Shown here in pieces: positions 28,511 to 39,458 of a stretch of 64,000 nucleotides of DNA; the first letter of the stretch is position 1, and every line of letters begins with the position of its first letter. Under the pieces are notes generated by a model that was not told where the DNA came from, made no database searches, and saw nothing but the letters and a program-made list of their open reading frames with translations. Where the stretch lies: IMG/VR virus record IMGVR_UViG_3300043411_000942, positions 168,938-232,937 of that record. One strand, written 5' to 3'. A program made the translations under genes and the position numbers.

Positions 28511-30297
28511 TGTCCACGTTCACCAACACTCCTAGCTTTAAGTCCACGACTATAGCCGTTAGTCCGTCTCGTAAGGTATACAGCCCTTACGTATCTCAGA
28601 GCAGTAAGATGTCGAACCTTACCGACAAGGAACGCGCTGCGAGAAAGCTTACGAAGTTAGGTAGTTTCGGGGGAGGTGGAATGAACACCTCGGTATCAAG
28701 TCAATCCCCCTTCTTTAGCGCTCAACTATCGACTGACTTCCTTGAGCTTCCGCAAAACTTACGTGAGAGGCGAGAGCTATTCCGGCACTTCTATGACTCT
28801 GACCCCATTGTAGGTCAGGCCATTGATCTACACACGGATCTTCCCCTCTCCAAGATTCGTCTTGCGAAGCCCACTCCTAGGACCTGTCCAAGTCGATTTA
28901 AGAGTCCAGAGGACTACGCAAACTACATTCTAGCGTTTTTCAATAGGATGGTAAAGCGGGTCAAGCTATTTCAGCGGTTGATTACGGCTACTCACCACTA
29001 CCACCTCGATGGGAATGTCTTCATCTTTGCAGAGGATGGTACCGTAGAGGTTCCAGCTGAGGTGGGGCAGACTACGGTAAAGCAGGCAAGTGCAGTCCTA
29101 GCGGATGACGGCACAACCAAAGAGGTGGTTACCGAAGAATCGGTAGACTATGAGGATAGGGAGGACAGGGAGTTAGCCTACTACCAGCGACACTACAAGG
29201 GTTGGGACAAGATCATCATTCTTCCAATCGATCAGGTTGCGGTTCGATCCATGACATACACGGATAAGGTCAAGTTGAGTCTGATCCCATCCGATAGAGA
29301 TAGGGCCCTTATTACCCAGGCGAGTGCTGGGGATGAGGAGGCTATGGACATGGTGCAGGAGATCCCACCTGAGGTTAGAGATTACATCGAGACTGGCAAA
29401 CTCATCCCCCTGGGTACAGACCCTGACGAAGGTTCGTTTTGCTACCACCTGAAGTCTCGGGCAGGTTCGGGGGAGGAGTTGGGGGCGAGCATCCTAAATC
29501 GTTGCCTACGCGACCTGATGTACAGGGAGAAGCTTCGACAAGCCCAGACTCAAATCGCATCTAGAGCTATGACCCCGAAGCGGCTCGTGTGGGGCGAGAA
29601 CCTTTCTGAGGGGGACACTGAAGACCTTCGAGAGCAAGTAGACCTAGCGCTTGTAGACCCAGACTACTCGATTGTCACCAACTACGAAGTGCATTGGGAG
29701 GAGATAGGGGCGAGAGACCGACTCCTAGACCTATCGGGTGAGTACGAGATTACCGATAAGCACTTGTATGCCGGACTAGGAGTCACAGAAAGTATCCTAA
29801 CTGGCGAAAGCACCTTCTCTGGAGACCGTGTAAAGCTGGAAGTCCTCAACACAAAGTATGTCCTCTTTCGAGAGGTCATTCAAGAGTATGTAGAGGAGAA
29901 CCTATTCAAGCCAGTTGCTAGACGTAAGGGGTTCGTTGAACTTGATGAGTGGGGGGAGGAGGAGGTAGTACTCTTCCCTCGGCTATCCTTTACTCGCCTA
30001 GCTCTACGCGATAGCCAGGACACCTTTGACGCCCTCCTTAATCTGTACCAGAAGGGGAGCTTGTCCATCGATGTCATTCTGGAGCTGTTCAACATTGACC
30101 CAGTAGACACCAAGGAAAAGATTGAGCGTGACATGTTCACGGTCAACGATGCCCTCTTCAATGAGGTTATTCGAGGAATCTACGGTGAGGTTGGTAGGGG
30201 TATTGCAGAGAAGACTGACGTTATGGCAAAGATTGCGGCATACCTCAAGTTGGAAGTAACCCCAGAGGCTCCTGCTGAAGCTGAGGGTAGGTTCTAA
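28510..30297 (+). CDS. Portal protein
   Basis: 595 aa, between TerL and protease/MCP; FY..DPIVGQAIDLH, G.SIL.RCLR, I..GLGV.-type segments typical of portals. Confidence 0.7.
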   Translation: MSTFTNTPSFKSTTIAVSPSRKVYSPYVSQSSKMSNLTDKERAARKLTKLGSFGGGGMNTSVSSQSPFFSAQLSTDFLELPQNLRERRELFRHFYDSDPIVGQAIDLHTDLPLSKIRLAKPTPRTCPSRFKSPEDYANYILAFFNRMVKRVKLFQRLITATHHYHLDGNVFIFAEDGTVEVPAEVGQTTVKQASAVLADDGTTKEVVTEESVDYEDREDRELAYYQRHYKGWDKIIILPIDQVAVRSMTYTDKVKLSLIPSDRDRALITQASAGDEEAMDMVQEIPPEVRDYIETGKLIPLGTDPDEGSFCYHLKSRAGSGEELGASILNRCLRDLMYREKLRQAQTQIASRAMTPKRLVWGENLSEGDTEDLREQVDLALVDPDYSIVTNYEVHWEEIGARDRLLDLSGEYEITDKHLYAGLGVTESILTGESTFSGDRVKLEVLNTKYVLFREVIQEYVEENLFKPVARRKGFVELDEWGEEEVVLFPRLSFTRLALRDSQDTFDALLNLYQKGSLSIDVILELFNIDPVDTKEKIERDMFTVNDALFNEVIRGIYGEVGRGIAEKTDVMAKIAAYLKLEVTPEAPAEAEGRF

Positions 30298-30327
30298 TAC
30301 TTGGTTTGTTACTTAGGTAAGGCGACC

Positions 30328-33300
30328 ATGCGAATCTTTGGCACTAAGACCCATGTAGAGCTGGAGAACGAAGAAGCAGAGCGTCTTGTTCGCCTTACGC
30401 CTAAGGTAAAGCCTCCACGTAGGGATAAGCGTCGGGAGGATATGCGTACGGAACGCGATCCCGACATCGATGGAGACCCCGACATAAAGCGGGACCAAGA
30501 TCGATCCCTTAACTACAAGACTGTAGGTGGTGCGGCGAGAGTGGCGGCTAGGTTCCTCCTGGCAAGAGATGAGTTAGTCTCTGTACGCAACAAGGAGACT
30601 GGTCATGTGGTGAATGTCTCGGAAGAGACACTCAAAGGGGAGGATGCTAGTAAGTACGAGAAGCTAGAGGATGAGGAGTCACAGAAAGATCCTGAGCAAG
30701 AGCTTGCAAGCCAAGGGGAGGCCCTTCGAGACCTAGCGAAGGATAACCCTAAGCTTCAGGCCATGATCAAAGATCTGACCAATCCAAAATCTGACTTGGG
30801 GGGTTTGGCAGAGGGTAACCCCTCACTTCCTGCATCGACTGTACTGAAGAACGTTAAGATCCCGGAGGGGTTGAAGACCCTTGGCGATCTAGTCAAGTCT
30901 TTAAGGGCCCCCAAGGTAAGTCCCAAGGTAAAGTCGAAAGCTCCAAAAGAGAAGGGACCTAAGCCAGCAGAGAAGGCCCCTGAGGGTAAGGATCCCCGTT
31001 GGGATGAATCAGGTGAGAGTGTAGAGCCAGAAAAGGCCTCTACCCCTCCTGAGGCTGGTAAGCCAACAGAGCCCTCAGGGGTTCCAGAGGCACCAACAGC
31101 ACCAGAGGCCCCAGAAACTCCACCAGAGGCACCCTCTGACGGAGCGGAGCCAGATCCCTTCCCAGAACCGAAAAAACCTCAGGCTCCAAAGTTCCCTCCG
31201 ACAGATGCTAGGAGTTACCCCCCTCCAAAACGACCACCTCCAACGAGGCAGGAAGAGTTGGAGGCCATGGATGCTTTGCGGGAGTCAGGGTTGCCTCCAA
31301 GTGTACGGAGCACTCTATCCTTACTGCATCCAGCTGACCTAAAGACCTTACTGGCAAGTTACTCAAAGTTCCAATCCTTGCCGGTTTACGGTAGTTTGAA
31401 GTCTGAGATTCAAAACGCAAGGGGCGGGTACGTCTCTAAGCCAGAGGATGTTCAAACCTTACCTGACGACTTTGGGTCATCGAAGAAGAAGAAGACTGAA
31501 GGGGGGCCTGAGGATTCTGAAGAAGACTCTCAAGCTGAGGCTGTACAGCAGCATCGTATGGCTGTCATGGCAGCCAGCTTAGCTTCCCAGGTTCGAGTTA
31601 CCAAGATGATGACGTCAAGTGGAGTGCCTTCGTACCTGGCAGGTAAATTGGCGTACTTCACTTTGACCACGGCCTCAATGCCACCTGAAAAGCAGATGGA
31701 GGTGGCTAGACAGGCTGCACAGACAGCATTTACGCAAGCGGCTACAGGGTTCTCAGGCCTACCTGAGAAGGATGATAGGTTCGGATCTTTCATCGATAAG
31801 GCAAAGAGGAGACTTCTTGGGGACCAGGAGCGCAAAGACTTCATCTCCGCCATGGACCATCTAGACCCCTACACTCAGATGGCTGCGGTGGCGCATCTAC
31901 AAGGAGAGGATTACCGAGCAGCTTCGGATAAGTTTCTAGGGGACCAGGCAAAGAACCCTATCTCTGGTTACGATCCACCCAAGGTCATCAAAGATAAGCT
32001 GCAAGCTGCAACAAAGATGATTCGAGAGGCTGGGAGAGACTACCCCTTAGCTGCAAGGGTTGCCCTTGTGGACCCTGCTACCGTTTTTCGGGTTAGGGCT
32101 CGTGAGTCCCTTAGCGGCATGCCTCCAGAAAAGAAGGCGGAGCTTACTGAGGCGCTTTTGGAGTCGGATGCGGATGACTACGAGAAGGCCGATGCGGAGT
32201 ACACCAAGCACGACCTACCTAAGTTTGAAAAAGCTTACGCCAAGTACGAGCAAGAGCTGAAGCGGTGGGAGTCCGACAAAGCAGACTTCGAGTCAGACCT
32301 TGACTACAGAGAGTCTGCAAAGCCGTTCGAGAAAGAACCTCCTCAACCTCCACTCAAACCAGAGCCACCCAGGAAACCAATTGGGTATGAGAAGGTCCGC
32401 CCACCAGCTGAGCATGACCAAAAGGCAATCCAACAGGAGTTGGACTCTGCAAGAGCTAAGCACACTCCACATGAAGATACTCATGGGGACTCGGAGCACT
32501 CGGATGATGAGCATGGCGAGCCAAAGCAAAGCTGGAAGGAACGAGCTAAGAGCTTGAGTGCAAAGGCAAAGGCCACCCTCCAAGCCTCACCTAAGGCAGT
32601 GAAGCAATTCATTGAGGATGATAGCTTCCGTCGTAAGACTCTCATGGATGCCCATGCGGTACTACTCAAAGCCCCGGAGAAGATTGCTAAGCGAGCACTT
32701 GACACAGCAAAACACGAGGTGAAAGAGTTCAAAGAAGCTGGACAAGGGATCGCCTCTGTACTGCGTGGGGGCAAAATGACCTCTCACCAGAAAAAGGCAT
32801 TTAAGACCGTAGCTACGCACATGGCAATCAGTGTTGCAGCTGCGGCACTCACAGCTTCCGGCCCACTTGCTATCGCAGGGGCTGTAGGTAAGGGGATGGT
32901 AAAGCATGTGGCTATGAAGGCGGTAGCCAACCTCTTTGGGCACCTCCACATACTAGAGGAGGTGGGTCACATCGGGCATGGGGTGAAGCACCTCATGGAG
33001 CACCTAGCCTCCACTGAGAGTCCAGATCCAGAAGAAGTGCTTAGTAACTTGGTACTTGCTGCCGTGGCAAAAGAAGTGCCTAAGTTGGATCATGACGGAA
33101 TTCAAAGCGCTCTGGAGGGTGAGCAGGAGAGTACAGAGAAAGTTGTCGCTAGTATCTATTCTTCTTATCAGTCTTCAAAATGGCAGATGACTTCATCCAA
33201 TCGCACTGCACTCTACCATGGAGTAGAGCCTAGTCCTCAAACCCCATACTCAGAGTGGCAGCAAGCTCATCAACGAGACTTAGCCCCTGAGGACTCTGCG

Positions 33301-33930
33301 CTTATTTTGAGTGCGGCTAGGTCTTGGTTAAGGTCACCCGTACTTTCCTCTTCGATTGAGGGGATGGTACCAGACACCAGGTTTCGGGCTGCACTTGATC
33401 TTGCAATCCGTGAGGTCAGTGACGGTAGGTACAGTGGAGCTATTACAGCGAACCTGTACAACCAACTCTTGGCTAAGTTAGCTAACTCAACGGATCAACC
33501 GCTGGGTACAATTCGCGAGGCTTCAACCTCAACTAAAGGAACTAGGACCATGATTAAGTTTGCCAAGTCGGATGCCAACACCATTCTAGCTCGTCTTGAC
33601 CGCGTTGCGGCTGCCATCCAAGAAAACCATGCAAAGTGGGGGATGGGCTTCGACGTCGCGAAGGAGCTAGTCAACGACCTCGATAAGACCGCAGACGAGA
33701 TTGAGAAGGCCTCGTTTGGGGAGGAGTCTCTTATGACTCGTCAAGTTGAAGTGCTCAAGCAAGCAAAGGTGCTTCAGCAGGACAAGGACGAGAAGTACAT
33801 GGGTACTTACAATGCCCCATCCGCTGTTCATCAGTCGGATAGGGACGAGAAGTACATGAGCCTCTACGATGATGATCAGACTCAGGCAGTTGTGAGTGGC
33901 AAGTCCTCTGTTGGTCGCCCTCTTACCTGA
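30328..33930 (+). CDS. Large modular head-associated protein with likely in-frame internal starts
   Basis: ATG 30328; Pro/Glu-rich linkers; in-frame ATG 33550 preceded by AAAGGA/AGGA. Confidence 0.7.
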   Translation: MRIFGTKTHVELENEEAERLVRLTPKVKPPRRDKRREDMRTERDPDIDGDPDIKRDQDRSLNYKTVGGAARVAARFLLARDELVSVRNKETGHVVNVSEETLKGEDASKYEKLEDEESQKDPEQELASQGEALRDLAKDNPKLQAMIKDLTNPKSDLGGLAEGNPSLPASTVLKNVKIPEGLKTLGDLVKSLRAPKVSPKVKSKAPKEKGPKPAEKAPEGKDPRWDESGESVEPEKASTPPEAGKPTEPSGVPEAPTAPEAPETPPEAPSDGAEPDPFPEPKKPQAPKFPPTDARSYPPPKRPPPTRQEELEAMDALRESGLPPSVRSTLSLLHPADLKTLLASYSKFQSLPVYGSLKSEIQNARGGYVSKPEDVQTLPDDFGSSKKKKTEGGPEDSEEDSQAEAVQQHRMAVMAASLASQVRVTKMMTSSGVPSYLAGKLAYFTLTTASMPPEKQMEVARQAAQTAFTQAATGFSGLPEKDDRFGSFIDKAKRRLLGDQERKDFISAMDHLDPYTQMAAVAHLQGEDYRAASDKFLGDQAKNPISGYDPPKVIKDKLQAATKMIREAGRDYPLAARVALVDPATVFRVRARESLSGMPPEKKAELTEALLESDADDYEKADAEYTKHDLPKFEKAYAKYEQELKRWESDKADFESDLDYRESAKPFEKEPPQPPLKPEPPRKPIGYEKVRPPAEHDQKAIQQELDSARAKHTPHEDTHGDSEHSDDEHGEPKQSWKERAKSLSAKAKATLQASPKAVKQFIEDDSFRRKTLMDAHAVLLKAPEKIAKRALDTAKHEVKEFKEAGQGIASVLRGGKMTSHQKKAFKTVATHMAISVAAAALTASGPLAIAGAVGKGMVKHVAMKAVANLFGHLHILEEVGHIGHGVKHLMEHLASTESPDPEEVLSNLVLAAVAKEVPKLDHDGIQSALEGEQESTEKVVASIYSSYQSSKWQMTSSNRTALYHGVEPSPQTPYSEWQQAHQRDLAPEDSALILSAARSWLRSPVLSSSIEGMVPDTRFRAALDLAIREVSDGRYSGAITANLYNQLLAKLANSTDQPLGTIREASTSTKGTRTMIKFAKSDANTILARLDRVAAAIQENHAKWGMGFDVAKELVNDLDKTADEIEKASFGEESLMTRQVEVLKQAKVLQQDKDEKYMGTYNAPSAVHQSDRDEKYMSLYDDDQTQAVVSGKSSVGRPLT

Positions 33931-33966
33931 TTCAAGCTCGGTCGCTAGGCCCAAGGTTGTACCAAA

Positions 33967-34815
33967 ATGGCTATTGACTACTGGCAACTCGTCAAAGACT
34001 TCGCCCAAGGGGACGCTGTTCAAAAGATCAATGCTCATAATGGGCAGCTGTCTCCTTACGTAGGTAAGGTTACGGCTGTCTTTCGTGGGACGGGTTGTTT
34101 GGACGTTCAGTGGCCCTTTGGGAACGAGCGAGTCTTTTCGGATGATGTAGTCAAGGTCAACCCTCTCTTTCTACGGTACCTACCTCCTACCCTAGATCAG
34201 AGCTACAACACGGTTGAGATCGAGAAAGCTAGGGAGGAGGATGCAAAGCTTCGCAAGGCTTCTACTCCTCTTTGGCAGCACACCAAGTTTCCACCCATGC
34301 TCTATGTGAAGCTGGCTCAGTACTGGCACAAGGGAGCTAGTGAGGTTGTAGCTTACGATGACCTCTATCGTAGCCATGCTCCCCACATCAATGATGACCT
34401 GCTTAGGTCTGAGGTGTCCAAGTTTTACTTGTTCGCTTCAAACTCAGGAGAGCTTCGTATCCAGCAAGCTGTAAAGCAAGCTCTCCGCAGTAAGCAGGGA
34501 GCTTACTGGGTTGCTCAGAATCGCCAGTACCGAGCTACGGGCGAAGACATCAAGTTAGGCAAGCCCGCTTGCCCTAAGTGTAGTTCAAGGATGCGCCAAG
34601 CTACCTACAAGATGCAGGAGGGGTCTAAGCACAAGATTTTTGCCTGTCCAAAGTGCCTTTACCTCATCGACCCAACCTCTATCCTTGGCCCTAAGGGTGA
34701 GCCTCACTCTTGGTTTGGGGATGTAGCTAAGGTGACGGGGCCCCCAGTGCCAGCTACCCCCAAAGAGGTAGTGACTCTAGCCCCTATCCCAATGTTCAAA
34801 GGGGATGCATTCTAA
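33967..34815 (+). CDS. Hypothetical protein with SH3-like N-terminus and Zn ribbon
   Basis: VGKVTAV....DVQWPFG; CPKC...CPKC. Confidence 0.65.
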   Translation: MAIDYWQLVKDFAQGDAVQKINAHNGQLSPYVGKVTAVFRGTGCLDVQWPFGNERVFSDDVVKVNPLFLRYLPPTLDQSYNTVEIEKAREEDAKLRKASTPLWQHTKFPPMLYVKLAQYWHKGASEVVAYDDLYRSHAPHINDDLLRSEVSKFYLFASNSGELRIQQAVKQALRSKQGAYWVAQNRQYRATGEDIKLGKPACPKCSSRMRQATYKMQEGSKHKIFACPKCLYLIDPTSILGPKGEPHSWFGDVAKVTGPPVPATPKEVVTLAPIPMFKGDAF

Positions 34816-36477
34816 ATGGCCTTCCTAAAGTACGCGAATGCGGCTATCCTACAACCAGCTATCAATCAGGAGAGCTGGAGTGAGATCCGTCAGGCTGCCT
34901 TACTAGGCTCTAGCTTTGAGGACCGTACAGCTGCGCATGTAGTACTACAGAAGTATGACCCCGCACAGTACCTGCTCTCGCACTGCTCCATTGTAGCGTC
35001 CGTGGATACGGAGAACTCTGGCCTCCCTACGGGGGCTCAGATGTTTGATGGAGTCCAAATCGAACGGAAGTTCCCAGACCACTACATCACGGTTGAGACT
35101 CAGAAGTACATCAACAACAACCAGGATGCGTTCGAGAGAAAACTGCTACTAGCGACGTACAAGACGTTCATTGGTGCAGAGAACTACATGGAGCACGTCC
35201 AAATCCCCGAGCTGAGTAAGGGGAAGATCATCGATGCAGCGGCTAGAGACATTGGAGACTCTATCTACATTGACATCCTGGTAGCTACTGACCTGAAGCA
35301 CAAGTCCCTGATAGAGGCGATTAGTAGCCAGAAGCTCAGTACCCTATCGATGGGTTGCCAGGTCACCTACACCCAGTGTACGAAGTGTGGCAACATTGCT
35401 GAGGACGAGCTTCAGATTTGCCGTCACATTAAGTACGAAAAGGGTAACTGGTTTATTGATGCCAGCGGTAAGCGTCGTAAGATCGCAGAGCTATGTGGGC
35501 ACCACTCTGACCCTGGGACGGTAAAGTTCATTGAGGGCTCTTGGGTAGGTACTCCAGCATTCACTGGAGCTGTACTAAGGAATATTCTAGACCCAGCTAA
35601 TGCGATGGCGGGAGTGCTTGGTAAGCGGATTCAAGTTGCCTTCTCTCATCCAGCTAGAACGGCAGACCCAGGCTCCCTTCAGAGAGCGGCTAAGTTAGCC
35701 CCTATTGGGGTTGGGGCAAAAGCGGTCAATGCTGACCATATGGTCTATCAGTACGAGGGTCCCTCTATTGGTAAGCTCCACGCGACTACCCCTTACTCAA
35801 AGGACCTGCAAGCCGCTGCTACTTTGGCTGCAAGACAGCAGACCGTTCAGGGTTTTCGCCCAAGTAATTACGGCGTACAGCTGTTCTCCGCAGAACAGCA
35901 AGGGCAGGAGCCTACCCCTCCTGCTCCTGTAGAGGATGTTGACCCCCTTAAGAAGGTTGAAGACGAACTCTACAACACTCTTAAGAAGAAGGTAGAGCGA
36001 CGGGTCCGAGACGACCTCAATAAGGAAGAGTCGTCCAATGTCCGTAAGGTCCTTGACGAGAACTCTTCCAACGAGTCAATCATCAAGTCGGCTCTTCGAT
36101 ACCCTAAGTGGCAACGAAGGGCAAAGACTATCCTAGCCTCGATTCCAGCCTCAAAAGCAAAAGTGATTTTGGCAGGTTGGATCCTCTATGATCGTGGGGG
36201 ATGGGAAGCTGTCGTAGAGGCTAATCGATTTAAGGGACGAGACTTCCTTGCAGTCGCTCACATTGTTGATCGGTCAACAAGAAAGTCTAACTTGTCCGGA
36301 GGTGGTAGAATCTACTCTACAGTTATCGCTGTAGGGGGTATTCGTAAGTATTCAGATGTAAATACCTATTTGGCGGCTTGTCGTCAAGTGCTCGGTCGGA
36401 CCCTCTTAGAAACGGAAAAGGTCCAACTCATCGAGAAGGGTAACTTGTTTTCACTAGGACTCTCGGACTTTGAATAA
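34816..36477 (+). CDS. Prohead maturation protease
   Basis: N.N.D.F, EH, TLSMGC (candidate Ser nucleophile), C..C...C.H insert, FIE.SWV..PAF; between portal and scaffold/MCP. Confidence 0.7.
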   Translation: MAFLKYANAAILQPAINQESWSEIRQAALLGSSFEDRTAAHVVLQKYDPAQYLLSHCSIVASVDTENSGLPTGAQMFDGVQIERKFPDHYITVETQKYINNNQDAFERKLLLATYKTFIGAENYMEHVQIPELSKGKIIDAAARDIGDSIYIDILVATDLKHKSLIEAISSQKLSTLSMGCQVTYTQCTKCGNIAEDELQICRHIKYEKGNWFIDASGKRRKIAELCGHHSDPGTVKFIEGSWVGTPAFTGAVLRNILDPANAMAGVLGKRIQVAFSHPARTADPGSLQRAAKLAPIGVGAKAVNADHMVYQYEGPSIGKLHATTPYSKDLQAAATLAARQQTVQGFRPSNYGVQLFSAEQQGQEPTPPAPVEDVDPLKKVEDELYNTLKKKVERRVRDDLNKEESSNVRKVLDENSSNESIIKSALRYPKWQRRAKTILASIPASKAKVILAGWILYDRGGWEAVVEANRFKGRDFLAVAHIVDRSTRKSNLSGGGRIYSTVIAVGGIRKYSDVNTYLAACRQVLGRTLLETEKVQLIEKGNLFSLGLSDFE

Positions 36478-36513
36478 GTTCTTATATGAGTCTACTAAGG
36501 AAAGGATCCACCA

Positions 36514-37779
36514 ATGACTCGCGAACGCTCTACTTGGAACCGTAACGAAATTGTCAAGCAAGCGGGTATGGCACGAACTGCTGACCCCTACTTGATGAAT
36601 CAGGATCACGTTAAGCAGCAACCTGCCTCTGATGCTTATGGCATTGGTGGACCTTCTGAATTTGGCGAAGATGTCTCGAAGGGGACATGGGAAGCTGAAT
36701 ATAGCGGGGGCCAAGTCTCTCGTAACGAGATTGGACTACCTGAGATGCGCAAGGACACCTTCAACCACTCTGAGAAGACTGCAAGTGTTGAGTTCCTCAC
36801 AAAGAAGGCAGCTCTTTGCGTTGCAATCTCGCGAAGCATTCTCCCAAAGACCGCTTCTGAGTCGGAGATTGAGGATCAGTCTCTATCGCTCATGCACCTC
36901 CCAGACAGTGAGGTCATGTCGACCTATTCTCGCCTAGCTGCTGAAGGTCAGCAAGACGAAGATGGTGACGATGACGATGCTCAAGGGAAGCAGGCTGGTC
37001 AGCAGGATGATGATCAGGATCAAGCTCAGAGTCAAGCTCAGCAGAAGCAGGCTAAGAGGGCGAACCAGCAGATGCAGGCTCAGGTCCAAGAGCTACAAGC
37101 CCAGCTACAAGCACTACAAGCCCAGCTACAGCAGCAGGGTGGGCAGCAGGCTCAGCAAGGTCAGCAAGCTCAGCAACAGCAAGTTGCTCAGATGTTGCAG
37201 CAAGGTCAGCAAGCTCAGCCTCAGCAGCAAGTTCAGGCTGGACAGCAGGTTCAACAGGGCCAGCAGGCTCAGATGCAGCAGCAAGCTCAGCAGCAGCAAG
37301 TTGCTCAGCTTGTTCAGCAAGCTCAACAGCAGGGTATGGACCCTGTCCAAGCTGCGATGTTTGCAGTACAGCAGATGCAAGGTCAGCAGCAGCCAATGGC
37401 TCAAGACAGCCAGATGATTGATGACATGCTACTCGATACCTCCTCAGCCCCTCCAATGATGATGGGCGAGGGAGACATTGAGATGGATGCCCCCTCCATG
37501 GATATGTCCGATGCTCAGCTAGGCCCAGAGGATGATGTCCTTAAGACCTTGTTTGCAGCTGACCAGGATGACCAGGGGCAGCAGCAACAGGCTCAGCAGC
37601 AGAAGCAAGCCCACGCAGTCCGTACAGCCTCAACGCGTACCGTAGGGACTCGTCCCACTGGTGGCGTCAGTGCAATTGGTGGGAACCCAGGTACAAGCTC
37701 CAATGAAGTTGGTAAGCTTGCTTCCTTGTGGGGCAGCTCGCCTGATGTACGCGAAGTGTTCGGTATGAACAAGAGCTGA
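36514..37779 (+). CDS. Gln-rich scaffold-like protein
   Basis: AAGGA RBS; long poly-Q/A coiled coil and acidic stretches; between protease and capsid genes. Confidence 0.6.
   Translation: MTRERSTWNRNEIVKQAGMARTADPYLMNQDHVKQQPASDAYGIGGPSEFGEDVSKGTWEAEYSGGQVSRNEIGLPEMRKDTFNHSEKTASVEFLTKKAALCVAISRSILPKTASESEIEDQSLSLMHLPDSEVMSTYSRLAAEGQQDEDGDDDDAQGKQAGQQDDDQDQAQSQAQQKQAKRANQQMQAQVQELQAQLQALQAQLQQQGGQQAQQGQQAQQQQVAQMLQQGQQAQPQQQVQAGQQVQQGQQAQMQQQAQQQQVAQLVQQAQQQGMDPVQAAMFAVQQMQGQQQPMAQDSQMIDDMLLDTSSAPPMMMGEGDIEMDAPSMDMSDAQLGPEDDVLKTLFAADQDDQGQQQQAQQQKQAHAVRTASTRTVGTRPTGGVSAIGGNPGTSSNEVGKLASLWGSSPDVREVFGMNKS
36950..37400 (+). repeat. CAG/CAA-rich low-complexity tract
   Basis: Repeated cagcag/gctcag/caaggt units encoding a Q-rich region. 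Confidence 0.75.
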
Positions 37780-37874
37780 AAAGCTAAAAGACCGACTCAG
37801 CCTTAAGTGGCTGCTTAGATGTAGATGCGAATGTAGAAAAACCCTGCTTTTCCCCGCCTAACAAGGAGTTCGAT

Positions 37875-38522
37875 ATGTCGATGCGCGGTCAAAGCTCGGG
37901 TGGATTCAAGGAAACGTCTGGCCGAGTTCAGTTGTTCCATGTGGTTACACGCAATAGCGTTGGAGCCCTTGCAGCAGATGCATTCACCCAGGCTAACCCT
38001 GTTACCTACACGGGCGCTACAGTTAAGTCTACAACCCTAGCCGGTATTACCAAGGTCGGCGTTCTAGGTGGTTCGGTTGCGTTTACGCGACCTCAAGTTG
38101 GTAACAACCTCACGGGAGGGCCTTCTACTACAGCAGGTCCAGCGTTCTTGGCAGGTATCAGGCCTCTTGGTATCTTCATCAACGATGCCGTGGGTAATGC
38201 CTACGAAAACACCCCAGGACCTGCTTCTGGTCGTGGACCCTACGTCCATGGTACAGGTACGGTTATCGGAGTCACTCTCTACGAGACCATGATTCTTCAG
38301 GCACTAGGCCCTGGCGCCCTAGCTGATCCTCTCACATATGCCGCTGGTGACCTTCTCTACGCGTCGGCAAACGGGCTTCTCACGAAGCAGCCAGACGACT
38401 CGTATGAGCAGCTTCAATCGGGCGTGTTGTTCGCAACAATGCCTACCACCACCGTCATGGGCGTCGTTTTGGCGGCTCCTGATGCAACCAACCCATTGCT
38501 CGTGCTGAGCATGCGCGTCTGA
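37875..38522 (+). CDS. Capsid decoration/cement-like protein
   Basis: AAGGAG RBS; directly upstream of MCP; PLGIF..D, Y.AGD.LY....GLLT pattern. Confidence 0.6.
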   Translation: MSMRGQSSGGFKETSGRVQLFHVVTRNSVGALAADAFTQANPVTYTGATVKSTTLAGITKVGVLGGSVAFTRPQVGNNLTGGPSTTAGPAFLAGIRPLGIFINDAVGNAYENTPGPASGRGPYVHGTGTVIGVTLYETMILQALGPGALADPLTYAAGDLLYASANGLLTKQPDDSYEQLQSGVLFATMPTTTVMGVVLAAPDATNPLLVLSMRV

Positions 38523-38560
38523 GCGCAACAGCTCTCTAAGAAAGGATAAAGGCACTAACA

Positions 38561-39433
38561 ATGGTTTCCAACGAAATTAAGCAGCAAATCATCAGCGAGT
38601 ACATCAAGACTGCGGCAGGTCGCGCAAAGCTTGCTGCCTCGATGATTCAACCCCTCCGCTCGCGTCGTGACTACACCGCAGTGGGTCGTAAGACCTTCTT
38701 GGTGGAGCAACTTCCTGACGGCGCACTTCCAATCTACGACAAGGACCCGGACGTTACGGCCTACGTCGTTGGCGAGGAAGGCGAGAACATCCTTGCTATC
38801 CAGAAGCCACGCAGAGTGATCTTCCCTCTGTTCGAGGTTGCCTCGAACCCAGAGATCCCTCTCACCCAGATCAAGGAGCGTCGTTTCGACCTCATTGAGC
38901 GCTCGCAAGACCTTGCGAAGGCTCAGATCCAGGCAGCTGAGGACGAGCGTGTGTTCGCGGTTCTAGACAGCATTGCTGTCTCGGGCTTCGACACTCTAGC
39001 AGGGCAGACGAACCCCGACATCAACGTCGTGGCTCCAATCTCCCCAAGCGTCCTAGCTGACGCGTTCGCTGAGGTAGAGCGTCACGACCTTCGGGTTGCT
39101 CGTATCTACATGAACGCAACCGACTACGCGGACATCCGTAAGTTCGGTCGCGACATCCTGGACATCGAGTCTCAAGCAGTCCTGCTTAAGACTGGTCTTC
39201 AGGCAACCCTCTGGGGCGCCCAGATCATCACAAGCCGCCTGGTTCCAGCCGGTTTCGTGTACATCTGCGCCGAGCCAGAGAACTTCGGACGCTTCCCAGT
39301 ACGTACGGAACTAACCGTTCTCAGTGCGGACGACGCGAAGGCCCGAACCATCGGATTCTCATGTTTTGAAAATATCGGCATAGGTGCCTTCAACCCACGC
39401 GGACTTACACGCTTGGTTGTCACCCGAGTCTGA
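38561..39433 (+). CDS. Major capsid protein (HK97 fold)
   Basis: Position after protease/scaffold, strongly biased codons, AQI..AEDERVF, ADAFAEVE.HDL, LWGAQII.S..VP.G; a strong hairpin follows. Confidence 0.85.
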   Translation: MVSNEIKQQIISEYIKTAAGRAKLAASMIQPLRSRRDYTAVGRKTFLVEQLPDGALPIYDKDPDVTAYVVGEEGENILAIQKPRRVIFPLFEVASNPEIPLTQIKERRFDLIERSQDLAKAQIQAAEDERVFAVLDSIAVSGFDTLAGQTNPDINVVAPISPSVLADAFAEVERHDLRVARIYMNATDYADIRKFGRDILDIESQAVLLKTGLQATLWGAQIITSRLVPAGFVYICAEPENFGRFPVRTELTVLSADDAKARTIGFSCFENIGIGAFNPRGLTRLVVTRV

Positions 39434-39458
39434 TAAACTAGCCTAGAAATAGGCACTT

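Noticed and set aside
36632-37456. Overlapping and antisense ORFs (36962, 37052, 37126) over the scaffold gene
   Set aside because: Shadows of the CAG-rich low-complexity tract; no RBS or independent motifs.
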